Of a stretch of 64,000 bases of DNA, positions 19,168 through 28,649 are shown in pieces (position 1 is the first letter of the stretch; each line of letters starts with the position of its first letter). The position numbers and the translations under genes were made by a program. This DNA is from Patescibacteria group bacterium (lineage in GTDB: Bacteria; Patescibacteriota; Patescibacteriia; UBA10025; JAHIVO01): contig JAQULM010000002.1 of NCBI GenBank assembly GCA_028718605.1, forward strand, positions 1,776-65,775. Direction: 5' to 3'. The notes beneath the pieces are model-generated. The model was given only the letters and a program-made list of their open reading frames with translations. It searched no databases and was not told the DNA's origin.

Positions 19168-19512
19168 ATGAGAGTTAAACGAGGCACCCAGCATGTTAAA
19201 CGGCGGAGAAATATCCTTAAAAAAGTAAAAGGATACCGCTGGGGACGGAAGAATAAAATCAAACGCGCTCAAGAAGCGATCCGTAAGGCCGGAGCGCACG
19301 CTTACAATGACCGCCGCAAGAAAAAAGGGAACTTCCGGGCACTCTGGAATATAAAAATCAACGCAGGCGTCCGCCAGCACGGCATGACGTACAGTACCTT
19401 CATGAAGGCGCTCAAAGATTCGAAAATCAATCTGAACCGGAAAATGCTTGCTGAACTTGCTGAGTTCGAACCAAAAACATTCGAAGCACTCGTTCAGGAA
19501 GTAAAAAAATAA
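19168..19512 (+). CDS. rplT: 50S ribosomal protein L20
   Basis: MRVKRGTQHVKRRRNILKKVKGYRWGR... canonical L20; infC-rpmI-rplT operon order. Confidence 0.9.
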   Translation: MRVKRGTQHVKRRRNILKKVKGYRWGRKNKIKRAQEAIRKAGAHAYNDRRKKKGNFRALWNIKINAGVRQHGMTYSTFMKALKDSKINLNRKMLAELAEFEPKTFEALVQEVKK

Positions 19513-19644
19513 CAGATCGCCGAAAAAGCGGATCCATCGTGCTCGACAAACCTGCCTTCCGGCTGTAAGGCGCGCGGGAAGCCCGGTTAACCCCGCAATA
19601 CTGCGGGGCAGGCACGCCTTATCAATGTAAAATCACAACAAAGC

Positions 19645-19719
19645 GGACCCATGGTGTAGCCCGGTTAACACGCCTCCCTGTCACGGAGGAGATCAGGGGT
19701 TCAAATCCCCTTGGGTCCG
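19645..19719 (+). tRNA. tRNA-Asp (anticodon GTC)
   Basis: Manual cloverleaf: acceptor GGACCCA/TGGGTCC, D-stem GTGT/ACAC, anticodon stem CCTCC/GGAGG with loop CTGTCAC, T-arm AGGGG-TTCAAAT-CCCCT, discriminator G; CCA not encoded. Confidence 0.8.
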
Positions 19720-19768
19720 CTTTGTTGTGATTAACCGAACCCCAACGCACGATTCATGGGGTCATAGA

Positions 19769-19801
19769 GAGATCAGGGGTTCAAATCCCCTTGGGTCCGC
19801 T
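19769..19801 (+). repeat. 33-bp direct duplicate of the tRNA-Asp 3' half (anticodon-stem 3' strand through acceptor 3' strand), lacking a 5' half
   Basis: GAGATCAGGGGTTCAAATCCCCTTGGGTCCGCT present at 19689-19721 and again at 19769-19801, 47 bp apart; no complementary acceptor 5' strand upstream of second copy. Confidence 0.6.
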
Positions 19802-19968
19802 CTGTTTTGCGTTCCGAAATCAGGGGTTCCGCCATTGGCTGAGCGGGCAGAAACGGGCATGGAATGAAATGACGAAGCAAGTGCCGCTGGATGCGACCAC
19901 GGGGAGCATCCAGCGGGGTTTTAAAAACTATCGCACCAAATTGCGGCTTGCAAAGAACCTAGTTTCAA

Positions 19969-19996
19969 TTGACAAAAAAATACGCTTTGCTAAGGT
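19969..19996 (+). promoter_or_regulatory. Putative promoter (TTGACA-N16-TAAGGT) upstream of ASKHA kinase gene
   Basis: TTGACA at 19969-19974, TAAGGT at 19991-19996; same element type recurs upstream of the operon at 31079-31108. Confidence 0.25.
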
Positions 19997-20044
19997 AAGG
20001 ATTGACATCGCTCTTAATACCAAACCCATAGCTTAAAGGAGGAA

Positions 20045-21172
20045 ATGCACGTGGCCCTAAACCACACCGAAACTGTTGTTTGTTATAATCCTGGATCGAC
20101 AAGCGCTGATTGCTGGGCAGCCAGGATAGAACAATTTCTCACGGAAGGGATTATCCTGGGCAAACAGACGTTTGTGCTCCCGGCCAACGCCGATGAAGCA
20201 GCTCGGCAAGCTTTGCTGCTCAACTACATTCAAGAGAATGCGCAATTCAGCGCCTCAGACGTTCGGTGCCTCGGCGTTCGTGGAGCGATTCTCCCCGGCG
20301 CCTTACCAGGCGTTACCCGCGTCGACCAGGGTGTCCTAAACGCATGCGCGGCCGGCTACTTCGGCACGATTCACCCGTGCAACAACGCCCCAACCGACGG
20401 CTGGGCTGTCGCACGAGAACTCGGTCTGACTGAGCAGATTTACTTCGCCGATCCGGTTTCGAGCGAAGATCCGCTGTACATCCAGGCATGCAAGATGAGC
20501 GGCAGAGCGGAATTGCCAATCGATTCCCATGCGCACTACCTCGCGCTGCGGGAAATGATTGTATCCTACGCGACGGAAGCTAGCATTCCGACCAACCGGG
20601 TCCGCGGCATCTTCATCTATGCCGGTGGCGGCGGTTTCAGTATTGCCGCTGTTAAGGACGGATCGATTGTCGCCGTCAGCAACCCGAACCAGGTCGGCTC
20701 TCCTGGCATTACGCGCTGCTGTGATGTGCCGTCCCTTGACTTTGCCCGCTGGGTCCTCCAGCTTGCACAGCAAGGCCACGATTTCAAGTCTGTTGCGGCA
20801 AAACTCCTGAGAGAATCGGGACTGATGAGCTATCTCGGCGACCTGAAGGTAACGGGATTCGAAGACATCGTCGGGCTGGCGCGTACGGGGAATATCCGCG
20901 TCCAGAACGTGCTTGACATGTGGTACTTCCGGATAGCGGAAGAGATTGGTAAGCGCCTCACCGCGCTCAATTTCAAAGCAGACGTACTGTACTGGGCAGG
21001 CGCGATGACGCAGGCCACCGAACTTCCCGAAGGCGTGTATCAACATGTCCAAAGCATGATTCCGTCGAATCGTGTGGTCGCGGAAGATCTTGAGATCCGA
21101 TCACTCACACGGCAGACGATCCTTGCCTTCCAGGGCAAGGTCCCGATCAATACGTATACATACCCGGCCTAA
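20045..21172 (+). CDS. ASKHA-superfamily kinase, acetate/butyrate kinase-like (divergent)
   Basis: N-terminal VVCYNPGSTS (cf. LVLNCGSSS) and IFIYAGGGGFSIAAVKDGSIV (cf. HLGNGASV..AIKNG); possible GTG start at 20051 with better SD spacing. Confidence 0.5.
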   Translation: MHVALNHTETVVCYNPGSTSADCWAARIEQFLTEGIILGKQTFVLPANADEAARQALLLNYIQENAQFSASDVRCLGVRGAILPGALPGVTRVDQGVLNACAAGYFGTIHPCNNAPTDGWAVARELGLTEQIYFADPVSSEDPLYIQACKMSGRAELPIDSHAHYLALREMIVSYATEASIPTNRVRGIFIYAGGGGFSIAAVKDGSIVAVSNPNQVGSPGITRCCDVPSLDFARWVLQLAQQGHDFKSVAAKLLRESGLMSYLGDLKVTGFEDIVGLARTGNIRVQNVLDMWYFRIAEEIGKRLTALNFKADVLYWAGAMTQATELPEGVYQHVQSMIPSNRVVAEDLEIRSLTRQTILAFQGKVPINTYTYPA

Positions 21173-21199
21173 TGTGTATGTACTGATTACAAACCAAAA

Positions 21200-21228
21200 G
21201 GCGGCTCGCCTCTATACGACGAGCCGCC
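21200..21228. terminator. Bidirectional hairpin between convergent genes
   Basis: GGCGGCTCG-cctctatacga-CGAGCCGCC perfect 9-bp stem. Confidence 0.4.
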
Positions 21229-21245
21229 TGAATTATATTACTTGT

Positions 21246-23462
21246 TTATTGGATAACGCCGTTCTTCAACGTGACTGTATTACTGCACGTAACCTGGCTT
21301 GCTGAATCAACAACGCATACTGAATAGTAGTGCGTGCCACTCTCAAGATTAACTGCTGCGGTCCGCGAACCGGCCGCATTACCAGTGTCGGCATAGGTGG
21401 TTGTCGATGCGTCGCCGATCGGAGCCAGATATCCATCGGCTGGGTATTTGGGTGACGCATTCGTTTGCGACCATACAACCTTGTAATACGAAAAGTCCCG
21501 TTCTAAGGAAGCAGCCCACGTCAATTCAACCGTACCGTCATCGTACGTTGCGGACAGGGATACCGCTGTCGGCGGTTCATTTTCATTGATCGCCGTCACG
21601 CGCGCGACATTGCTGCAGATGGTTTCGTCCCCGACAGCACAAATTCGATAATAGTACGCGGTCCCCTTTATTGCACCGTAATCCCGATGGCTCTCTTCCC
21701 CTTTTGATTTGACGGCGATATACCCGTCATCGGGATAGCGGAGGTCTGCGTTCGTTTCCGAACGTACAACTTTGTAGTATTTAAATCCGGTGATTGAGGA
21801 GGCGTCCGTCCACCAAATACCGACACCGGAATCCTCCGCCTTGAGAGTCATCAGAAGTGACGCGTCGGCTGATACGGCCGGTGCGGTTGCAGTGGCATCA
21901 TTGCTGTACGAAATACATGCGCCATCGCCGCTGTACTGGCACACACGGAAATGATACGTCTTTCCGTCAGTCATCAGCCAGGTATACGACCGCGCAGTGG
22001 AATCAGTTATGTATTGAAAATCACTTCCAGGATATGCCGGGTTTGCCGCTTCACTGCGAACGAGCTTAAAACCGTGCTCAATAGTAAGATCGGATACGGT
22101 CCACGACAGCCGGATGCCAGTACTCTCCGCTATTGCGGAGAGTGTCATGCTGCCAGTATTTGCTGATCCTGTACCGCCATTTTCGGCTGGCGGAGAATCT
22201 TCAGTGATGCCGCCTTTCATATACGCGACATTCGAACAAAAAACAATATTGCCTTCCATCACCTCGCAGACGCGGTAGTAATAAGAAATGGCGGCTTGGA
22301 CGTCGGTATCTGTATACGCTTCACTCCCAGCGTCAGTCTTCGCAATATATCCGTCAGCTGGGAATTTCAGATCTGCATTTGTTTCGGAACGTACAACTTT
22401 ATAATACTGGAATGACTGGCTCGTTGATGCATTCCATTGCAGATGGACGCCATCTTGCTTTGTCTCGGCGTACAGCACGAGTGGTGTTGCGGTCGTGAGC
22501 GGCACCTCAATGTCGTAGATGACTTTGACCTCTTGGACCCGGCGGTTGCCATTAGCGTCCTCAGCAACGACGGTAATGGTATTTTTCCCCGCCGAAAGAA
22601 GGATTGGTTTTGTAAATGTACCGTCGGCATTTTCCGCCGCCTCGCCGTTTACCGTCAGGATTGCCGACTGGTCGGCTACGGTACCCGTGACCGTTACGGT
22701 TCCCTCCGTCGTGGTATAGCCGTCCTCGGGGGATTGGATCGTAAGCTCTGGCCCAGCGTATTCTTGCATAATGCCAAGGTCATCCGTCACTTTCGTATCC
22801 TCTTCCTTATTCCATGTATACCACTCGTTTTTTAGCTTCTCGGTATCAATCTTTAAAATGCTGACGTCCTGGCTCTCTTTGTCGATCGTTGCCGCATCAC
22901 CCTGGCCGACTTCCTGCTCGCTATCGCCAGCGCGCACTGCCACCCGGCTCTCGAGGACAGAAACATCGATCGTTGTCTCGTCCATCACGACATCAAACGC
23001 AGTACCGAGCGCTTTGATCGCCACATCGTCTGTTTTCAACGTGTACACACCCTGTCCTTTATGCACCCGGCTGTAGGTCGCGCCCGAAGACTGCATAATG
23101 ATCATATTGCTCGAACGGAGATCGGTGAGAAAAACTTCGGTTTCATACCCGAGCCGGATAACCGTACCATTCTCAAGGAGAATGATAGCCCTGCTGGTAC
23201 GCGCCGCGCTCGTCCGGATCCCGTCGCCATCGTGCAGAACAGTATCGGTTTCTACGGGCTGCCAGCCTTCATCACCCTGGTTAACTTCGACGCCGTCCTG
23301 CTGATATGCAAGGGTTGCTGCTACCGAATGCTGACGGCGCATCACAGTCGCGATGTTCGGCTGGATGATTTCCTGATTCTGCATATACCAATAGACACCC
23401 CAGCCGAGTGCGATACCGGCTGCAAAAATACCTATCATCGGAAATACAGCTTTTTTATGCAT
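21246..23462 (-). CDS. Membrane-anchored surface protein with three tandem Fn3-like modules (738 aa)
   Basis: N-terminal signal anchor; three repeats built on YYKVVRSETNADL[KR][FY]P[AD]DGYIA ... YYYR[VI]C; Ig-like region with Asp-rich tract. Confidence 0.5.
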   Translation of the reverse strand: MHKKAVFPMIGIFAAGIALGWGVYWYMQNQEIIQPNIATVMRRQHSVAATLAYQQDGVEVNQGDEGWQPVETDTVLHDGDGIRTSAARTSRAIILLENGTVIRLGYETEVFLTDLRSSNMIIMQSSGATYSRVHKGQGVYTLKTDDVAIKALGTAFDVVMDETTIDVSVLESRVAVRAGDSEQEVGQGDAATIDKESQDVSILKIDTEKLKNEWYTWNKEEDTKVTDDLGIMQEYAGPELTIQSPEDGYTTTEGTVTVTGTVADQSAILTVNGEAAENADGTFTKPILLSAGKNTITVVAEDANGNRRVQEVKVIYDIEVPLTTATPLVLYAETKQDGVHLQWNASTSQSFQYYKVVRSETNADLKFPADGYIAKTDAGSEAYTDTDVQAAISYYYRVCEVMEGNIVFCSNVAYMKGGITEDSPPAENGGTGSANTGSMTLSAIAESTGIRLSWTVSDLTIEHGFKLVRSEAANPAYPGSDFQYITDSTARSYTWLMTDGKTYHFRVCQYSGDGACISYSNDATATAPAVSADASLLMTLKAEDSGVGIWWTDASSITGFKYYKVVRSETNADLRYPDDGYIAVKSKGEESHRDYGAIKGTAYYYRICAVGDETICSNVARVTAINENEPPTAVSLSATYDDGTVELTWAASLERDFSYYKVVWSQTNASPKYPADGYLAPIGDASTTTYADTGNAAGSRTAAVNLESGTHYYSVCVVDSASQVTCSNTVTLKNGVIQ

Positions 23463-23504
23463 AGGAGACGCTTTTATTAAAAATTGCGATTTGGCGGTTC
23501 CCCT

Positions 23505-26500
23505 CTATACTTCATCAACGTTGATTACCCGTACATTAGGCCCTCCGCCTGACCGCGGAACGGTCATGAGCTCATCAGCGCCATCTCCGTCAACATCACC
23601 GCCAGCAACGTTAACTCCGCCAAGATAAGACGTCGGGTACACGAAGAATTCCTTAAGCATATTCTCCCTAATATTATACACCCGGACAAGCGGAGTTGCA
23701 CTATCGCCAACGCCAACAAGCAGCTCCTTGATTCCGTCACCATCAGTATCAACTCCCGCCAGAGAAACGCCACCGCGGTAATCAATACCGAACGCAAAAA
23801 ATCCGGGAGACAGCCGTTTCAGCTCATTGGGCCTAATCTGGAAATACTGAACATGGGGCGCGCCACGTTGCGGGCCCGTCACGATCTCATCCTTCCCGTC
23901 ACCATCACAGTCTGCGGTTGTGACATTGATGCCTCCACGAAAATTCCGGTCATATGCCATGAAATTGGTAAGTATTTTCCCATTTAAATTATAAACGAGA
24001 ACGTGTGGGCCGCCGCCTGATTGTGCTGCTACGACTACTTCATACACGCCATCGCCATCCGTGTCACCGCAGGAAAGATTGATACCGCCGAGAAACTTCC
24101 CATCGAGTACAGAGAAGCCAGCGTTCAAGATTTTCCCGTATCCATCGAATATTCTGACGAGTGGCCATCCGCCCGGACCCTGCGCTGCAACAACTTCATC
24201 GAGGTCGTCCCCGTTTACATCGCATGCGGTTACGGTTACGCCGTTCCGCAGTGAAGAATCGAACGCAAAAAACTGCGACTTCACGTTACCCGTACTGTCG
24301 AAAATGCGTATGTGGGGTGCCATGCCATCCCCCGAACCGACAATAATCTCATCGTCATTGCTCCCGAGGAGATTCCCGGATCCCGTATGGTACCCGCCCC
24401 GCAAGCTTGATGAAAAAGCGAAAAACGACGTGCCTTCCGCGAGCGGCGGCTCATATGTTGTCGGCTCGGTAACCGAGCTCGAAGATTTATGAGAATACTG
24501 ATAGTATGTGTCCGGCACGTTACCGTTTGCATCCGTGATGCCCAGCTTGTGCTCAAGTGTCGCATTTTGGCCATCAAGGTTTACGACAGTCACGTCATAC
24601 CACCCTGCGCCCATACTCGAGAGCGGGAGCCGCACTGACAACGAAGTAGCGGATTGTACGTACGTGATCTCTCCTTGGTAATCGGCAAAGTACGTCTTGA
24701 GACCGTAGAGAAAATTCGTACCGGTTACCTGCACATGTAAACCGCCGCCGGTATTCCAACCGGGATTCACTGCCTGGGGGGAAACACCGGTCACGGTCGG
24801 CGCTGGTTCAGCATACGGAGCCTCACCCTCGATTTCCATGCCCCGTATGACGTCATTCCACATGTCAGCGACATACAGCTTTGTGCCGGCAAGATTCGGC
24901 TGCAATCCTTTCAGGTTGTTGAATTCGGCAACGCTGCTCGCCCCATTTTTATAACCGCGCGAGCCAGAACCGGCAACGAGCTTGGTGAGGCGCGAACTCG
25001 GATCAACCGTACGCACGCGCTGAGATCCCGTGTCTGAAAAATAGAGCTGCCCGTCCGCGCTCATTTTTACATACTCCGGATACGAGAGGACTGCATTCGT
25101 ACCGATCGCCTCACGGTATCCCGCGGAGCCGTTGCCAACAAGGGTGCTGACCGTATTTGTCGCAAGCTCAATTTTCCGTATCGCATGGTTGTTCGAATCG
25201 GCAACGTACAGATTGGTACCGGAACCGTCAATCGCGATTCCAAACGGCCGGTCAAATTGCGCATCAGCGCCGATGCCGTTCTTGTACCCGTCTGCGCCCG
25301 ATCCGGCAACGAGCCAGGTTTGGCCGTCTGATATTCGGACTTTACGGATGCGGTTATTGCCAGTATCCGCAATGTATAAATAGGTATCGGTCTGATCAAT
25401 GGCAATGCCGGATGGAGCACGAAAATATGAGCACCCGGCTGCGCCGGTTGTTAGAACGTCCTGCGAACATCGTGTGCCTTCTTTGTACCCATTATTATCC
25501 GTTCCGCGAGTGTTGATAAGGCCTGCACCGGTCACGAGGAATGTCCGGACAGGATCTGCGGTCAAGTTTACGCCCCTGATCCTGTTGTTCCAGCGGTCAA
25601 CAACATAGAGCCGTGTTCCCGTAGAATTGACCGCGATGCCCTGGATGGTCGAAAAACGGATAGGCAGGCTATCGTAGTCAGTTCCCTCGCCTCGATAATT
25701 ATCGATGCTCGAACCGATGACGTGGCTGACGGTGCCGGCGGCAATATCTACCTTGCGAATTTTATTGTTATCCGCAATATATAAATACTTCCCGTCATGT
25801 GTCATCGTGATGTCGTACGGCCGGCCGAAAAGCGCATCGTCGATGTCCCCATTTAAATTTCCGAAGCGGTCGCCGCCCGCGAATTTATTATTCGTATCGC
25901 CGTCATTCTTGTCGAACCGATGGATAGTCCCCATGCCCGCATTAACCGTATAGACGTAATCCCCCGCGACCACGACGCCAGACGGGTAAATCATTTCATT
26001 CTGCCGAGTGTCCTGGTACACGAGCGTGGTTTTCTTTGTAGAAATGTTAATTTTTCGAATACGGTCAACTGTCCAGTTGTCATGGTCTGAAACGTAGAGG
26101 TACCCGCCATCGAGCGCGACACCCCAGACGTTTTCGAACTGCGCACCGGTTCCGGTCCCCTCCTTGTACCCCGATGTGCCTGATCCAGCGATTACGGTAA
26201 GAACACCCGTCGCGGTGTTAATAGCAACAACGCGATGATTACCGTTATCCGCTACGTACAACGTACTGCCGTCAATCGAGATATCCATATGCCGCGGATC
26301 CGAAAGCGACGAGGTCAGCGTTGTAACGCTGCCTCCGCTTGTGGAAACGTATTTAACGGCATTATGGCCCGAATCAGTGAAATACAGCCGCGTTCCGTAC
26401 GGTTTTACCCCAATCGGCGATGACAAACCAGAGCTTACGAGCGTTGATACGGTGCCGCTCGATGAAACTTTTTTGATTTTATTATTTGCTGTGTCGGCTA

Positions 26501-26879
26501 TGTAAACGCTGCCGTTTGAACCGACTGCCACGCCTCGCGGCAGGGCAAACTCTGCGGACTTCCTCGCGCCATCGGTATCGCCATATGAACCCGTGCCGGC
26601 ATACGTCGTAACAATACCGCTGGATGAAATCTTTCGGATGGCGTTATTATACGTATCGGCAACGTAAAAATTTCCTGAACTGTCGCGGCTGAGGTCTTCC
26701 GGGAAATCAAAATTCGCCTCCAGCTTATCAAGGCCATCGCCGCCGATAATTTTTCCTGTATACGTGCTCACATCACCATAGGCAGCGAGTGCGGTTCCGG
26801 CACCTAAAAACGCAGTGCCTACCAAAAACCCAGCGATGAGCACCGCCTGTACTATTCGTTTCATACGAAAAGAAATCAT
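23505..26879 (-). CDS. Secreted NHL-repeat beta-propeller protein with C-terminal FG-GAP/VCBS-like repeats (1124 aa)
   Basis: Multiple YVADTxNNxIRKI / YIADTANNKIKKV NHL units; C-terminal GDVDGDGADEL, CDVNGDDLDE FG-GAP-like Ca-binding loops; N-terminal signal peptide. Confidence 0.6.
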   Translation of the reverse strand: MISFRMKRIVQAVLIAGFLVGTAFLGAGTALAAYGDVSTYTGKIIGGDGLDKLEANFDFPEDLSRDSSGNFYVADTYNNAIRKISSSGIVTTYAGTGSYGDTDGARKSAEFALPRGVAVGSNGSVYIADTANNKIKKVSSSGTVSTLVSSGLSSPIGVKPYGTRLYFTDSGHNAVKYVSTSGGSVTTLTSSLSDPRHMDISIDGSTLYVADNGNHRVVAINTATGVLTVIAGSGTSGYKEGTGTGAQFENVWGVALDGGYLYVSDHDNWTVDRIRKINISTKKTTLVYQDTRQNEMIYPSGVVVAGDYVYTVNAGMGTIHRFDKNDGDTNNKFAGGDRFGNLNGDIDDALFGRPYDITMTHDGKYLYIADNNKIRKVDIAAGTVSHVIGSSIDNYRGEGTDYDSLPIRFSTIQGIAVNSTGTRLYVVDRWNNRIRGVNLTADPVRTFLVTGAGLINTRGTDNNGYKEGTRCSQDVLTTGAAGCSYFRAPSGIAIDQTDTYLYIADTGNNRIRKVRISDGQTWLVAGSGADGYKNGIGADAQFDRPFGIAIDGSGTNLYVADSNNHAIRKIELATNTVSTLVGNGSAGYREAIGTNAVLSYPEYVKMSADGQLYFSDTGSQRVRTVDPSSRLTKLVAGSGSRGYKNGASSVAEFNNLKGLQPNLAGTKLYVADMWNDVIRGMEIEGEAPYAEPAPTVTGVSPQAVNPGWNTGGGLHVQVTGTNFLYGLKTYFADYQGEITYVQSATSLSVRLPLSSMGAGWYDVTVVNLDGQNATLEHKLGITDANGNVPDTYYQYSHKSSSSVTEPTTYEPPLAEGTSFFAFSSSLRGGYHTGSGNLLGSNDDEIIVGSGDGMAPHIRIFDSTGNVKSQFFAFDSSLRNGVTVTACDVNGDDLDEVVAAQGPGGWPLVRIFDGYGKILNAGFSVLDGKFLGGINLSCGDTDGDGVYEVVVAAQSGGGPHVLVYNLNGKILTNFMAYDRNFRGGINVTTADCDGDGKDEIVTGPQRGAPHVQYFQIRPNELKRLSPGFFAFGIDYRGGVSLAGVDTDGDGIKELLVGVGDSATPLVRVYNIRENMLKEFFVYPTSYLGGVNVAGGDVDGDGADELMTVPRSGGGPNVRVINVDEV

Positions 26880-26947
26880 ACGTGTGGTTTTTGTTTTTGG
26901 TTTTTGATTTTATACAGCCATTATAGCATATTATTGAAAAAAAATCA

Positions 26948-26995
26948 AGTAAAAATAAAAAAGGAGCGGGATGCCTGCAATAGGCTCCCCGCTCC
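26948..26995 (-). terminator. Intrinsic terminator ending the 30904-27030 operon
   Basis: On minus strand GGAGCGGGGAGCCTATTGCAGGCATCCCGCTCC (8-bp GC stem) followed by TTTTTTATTTTT. Confidence 0.55.
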
Positions 26996-27029
26996 AGAAA
27001 AAGTCAAATCCTCCTTTGTTATAGAACGA

Positions 27030-28649
27030 CTATACTACCGCGAAATACCCGCTTGGGTAACGGCGGTTGTCGAAATCCCATAAGCAGACCATCAGCCAGC
27101 GTATGCCTGGCTGGAGGGGCTCAAACCGGATAACCGCTTCATACGAATCTCCGGGATTGAGCTGCTTTGCCTGCTTCGGCTTCAATCCGGTCACGTATTC
27201 GAGAATCCGATAACACGTATCCGGATCGGTGCTTCGTAGATAGGTGAATTTCTTGACGCACGCAACGATGCGCTCGTGAGCATTCTTCATGCCTGGTGGA
27301 ACAACCCAGACGAACTTAACGTCCGTCCCTTGCGCGAAGGATACAATCTCGGTAACCCCGATACGTAATCCCTCCGTGCTGTCAAGCCAGAGAGTGTCTG
27401 GGAACTCCTTTTCGAAGACCATAACCTGTTCACTCGACGGCATATACGAACCCTCTCCGAGATCGTCCGTCTGTACGTTCGTCGGAACAGCATCGGCAAC
27501 CTGGCTTACCGATTCGTCATCCGGCACAACAGAAGCATACTGGTCTGTTGTGGACGGTTGTTGAACCGGCTGCAGCTGCTGCCGTTGCGGCACAATCGGC
27601 TCGCCTGCCGGCTCCTGAGGAGAAGCCGGCTGGTGCATGCCGTACTGTGTTGCATTCGGCACCCGTGTTTCCATGGGCATCGGCGCAGCGTTTTTCGGCG
27701 GCTTCGCAAGGAAACCCCGCAGGAGAACGGCGTCGATGGAATCCACCTTACCGTCGCCGTCATAGTCCCCTTTCAGGTACCACGCGCCGCCGATCTTCAT
27801 CATCAGGTGATTGTTGTCCATACGGAATGCCAGATCATTCTGGATAATGTCCGCATCGACCGAATCAACCTTGTCGCTCAAGTCAACGTCCAGAAGCTGG
27901 CCGACTGGTCCGAGCGAAGAGAACGACGTAGCTATATTGCCCGCCAGCTCAACACCCCGGACGCCGCCGTCGATGATCTTCTGGACTGGCGCCGGCAAGT
28001 GGCCGTACGTCAAGTGTGCGAACGTGAACAATCCAACGCACGCCAATACGAGGACGGATGCCGCCCTGACACGGTAGCGCCACGTATCGTTCACGATGAA
28101 CAGCGCAATCTGCGACAGCGCGAAAAGCGCGAATGTCTCGGGCTCGTGGTTCCACGGCTCGTACAGCAGGAACGCCGCCATCACGGCGACATCCCAGTAC
28201 AGGATGTGCTGGAAGAGTTCACCAATCGTGGCCACTCCCTGCTTCGCAAACGCACCGCCTGCCTTGAGACTCGCGAGCAGAAGCACCGCGAACACCAGAA
28301 GCATGCAGTACATGACGAGCAGCAGGGACGCTATTCCGAAAATTGCCACATAGAAGCCACCATGGAACACGTACATGAACATGCCGCACACGGTGACAAG
28401 GGCAAGGAGCAGAAAAAACCTGCCCTGCGCCTTTTTCCAGATCATGCTGGCGACATCGCCAGCCGTGCGCGCACCCTGCATGACATTGTCAATAAGCTGC
28501 TCGGCGAACTTGAACCCGAGCAGATGAAGGATGATGGTCCCGATGACCGTGGCCTGGATCGGGCCGATCGAGAACAAACCCTTCTTCCTTTTCTTTTCCG
28601 CGCCGGCTTTTCCGTCGGCGGGATCAGGACTTAGGCTGGTCTTAGGCAT
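27030..28649 (-). CDS. Hypothetical polytopic membrane protein with dockerin/EF-hand-like DYDGDGKVDSID loop and C-terminal globular domain (operon gene 3)
   Basis: Start MPKTSLSP at 28649 overlaps upstream stop by 8 nt (ATGCCTAA); about 6 N-terminal TM helices; Pro/Gln-rich linker; no known catalytic motif. Confidence 0.4.
   Translation of the reverse strand: MPKTSLSPDPADGKAGAEKKRKKGLFSIGPIQATVIGTIILHLLGFKFAEQLIDNVMQGARTAGDVASMIWKKAQGRFFLLLALVTVCGMFMYVFHGGFYVAIFGIASLLLVMYCMLLVFAVLLLASLKAGGAFAKQGVATIGELFQHILYWDVAVMAAFLLYEPWNHEPETFALFALSQIALFIVNDTWRYRVRAASVLVLACVGLFTFAHLTYGHLPAPVQKIIDGGVRGVELAGNIATSFSSLGPVGQLLDVDLSDKVDSVDADIIQNDLAFRMDNNHLMMKIGGAWYLKGDYDGDGKVDSIDAVLLRGFLAKPPKNAAPMPMETRVPNATQYGMHQPASPQEPAGEPIVPQRQQLQPVQQPSTTDQYASVVPDDESVSQVADAVPTNVQTDDLGEGSYMPSSEQVMVFEKEFPDTLWLDSTEGLRIGVTEIVSFAQGTDVKFVWVVPPGMKNAHERIVACVKKFTYLRSTDPDTCYRILEYVTGLKPKQAKQLNPGDSYEAVIRFEPLQPGIRWLMVCLWDFDNRRYPSGYFAVV

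Noticed and set aside
19737-19801. Possible second complete tRNA after tRNA-Asp
   Set aside because: Only the 3' half (anticodon-stem 3' strand to acceptor 3' strand) is present; no complementary acceptor 5' strand or D-arm upstream, so it is a fragment/duplication rather than a gene
27949-28155. Several 60-360-aa plus-strand ORFs (e.g. 27558-28634) across the operon genes
   Set aside because: All antisense to the translationally coupled minus-strand genes, Arg/Pro-rich low-complexity translations characteristic of GC-rich antisense frames
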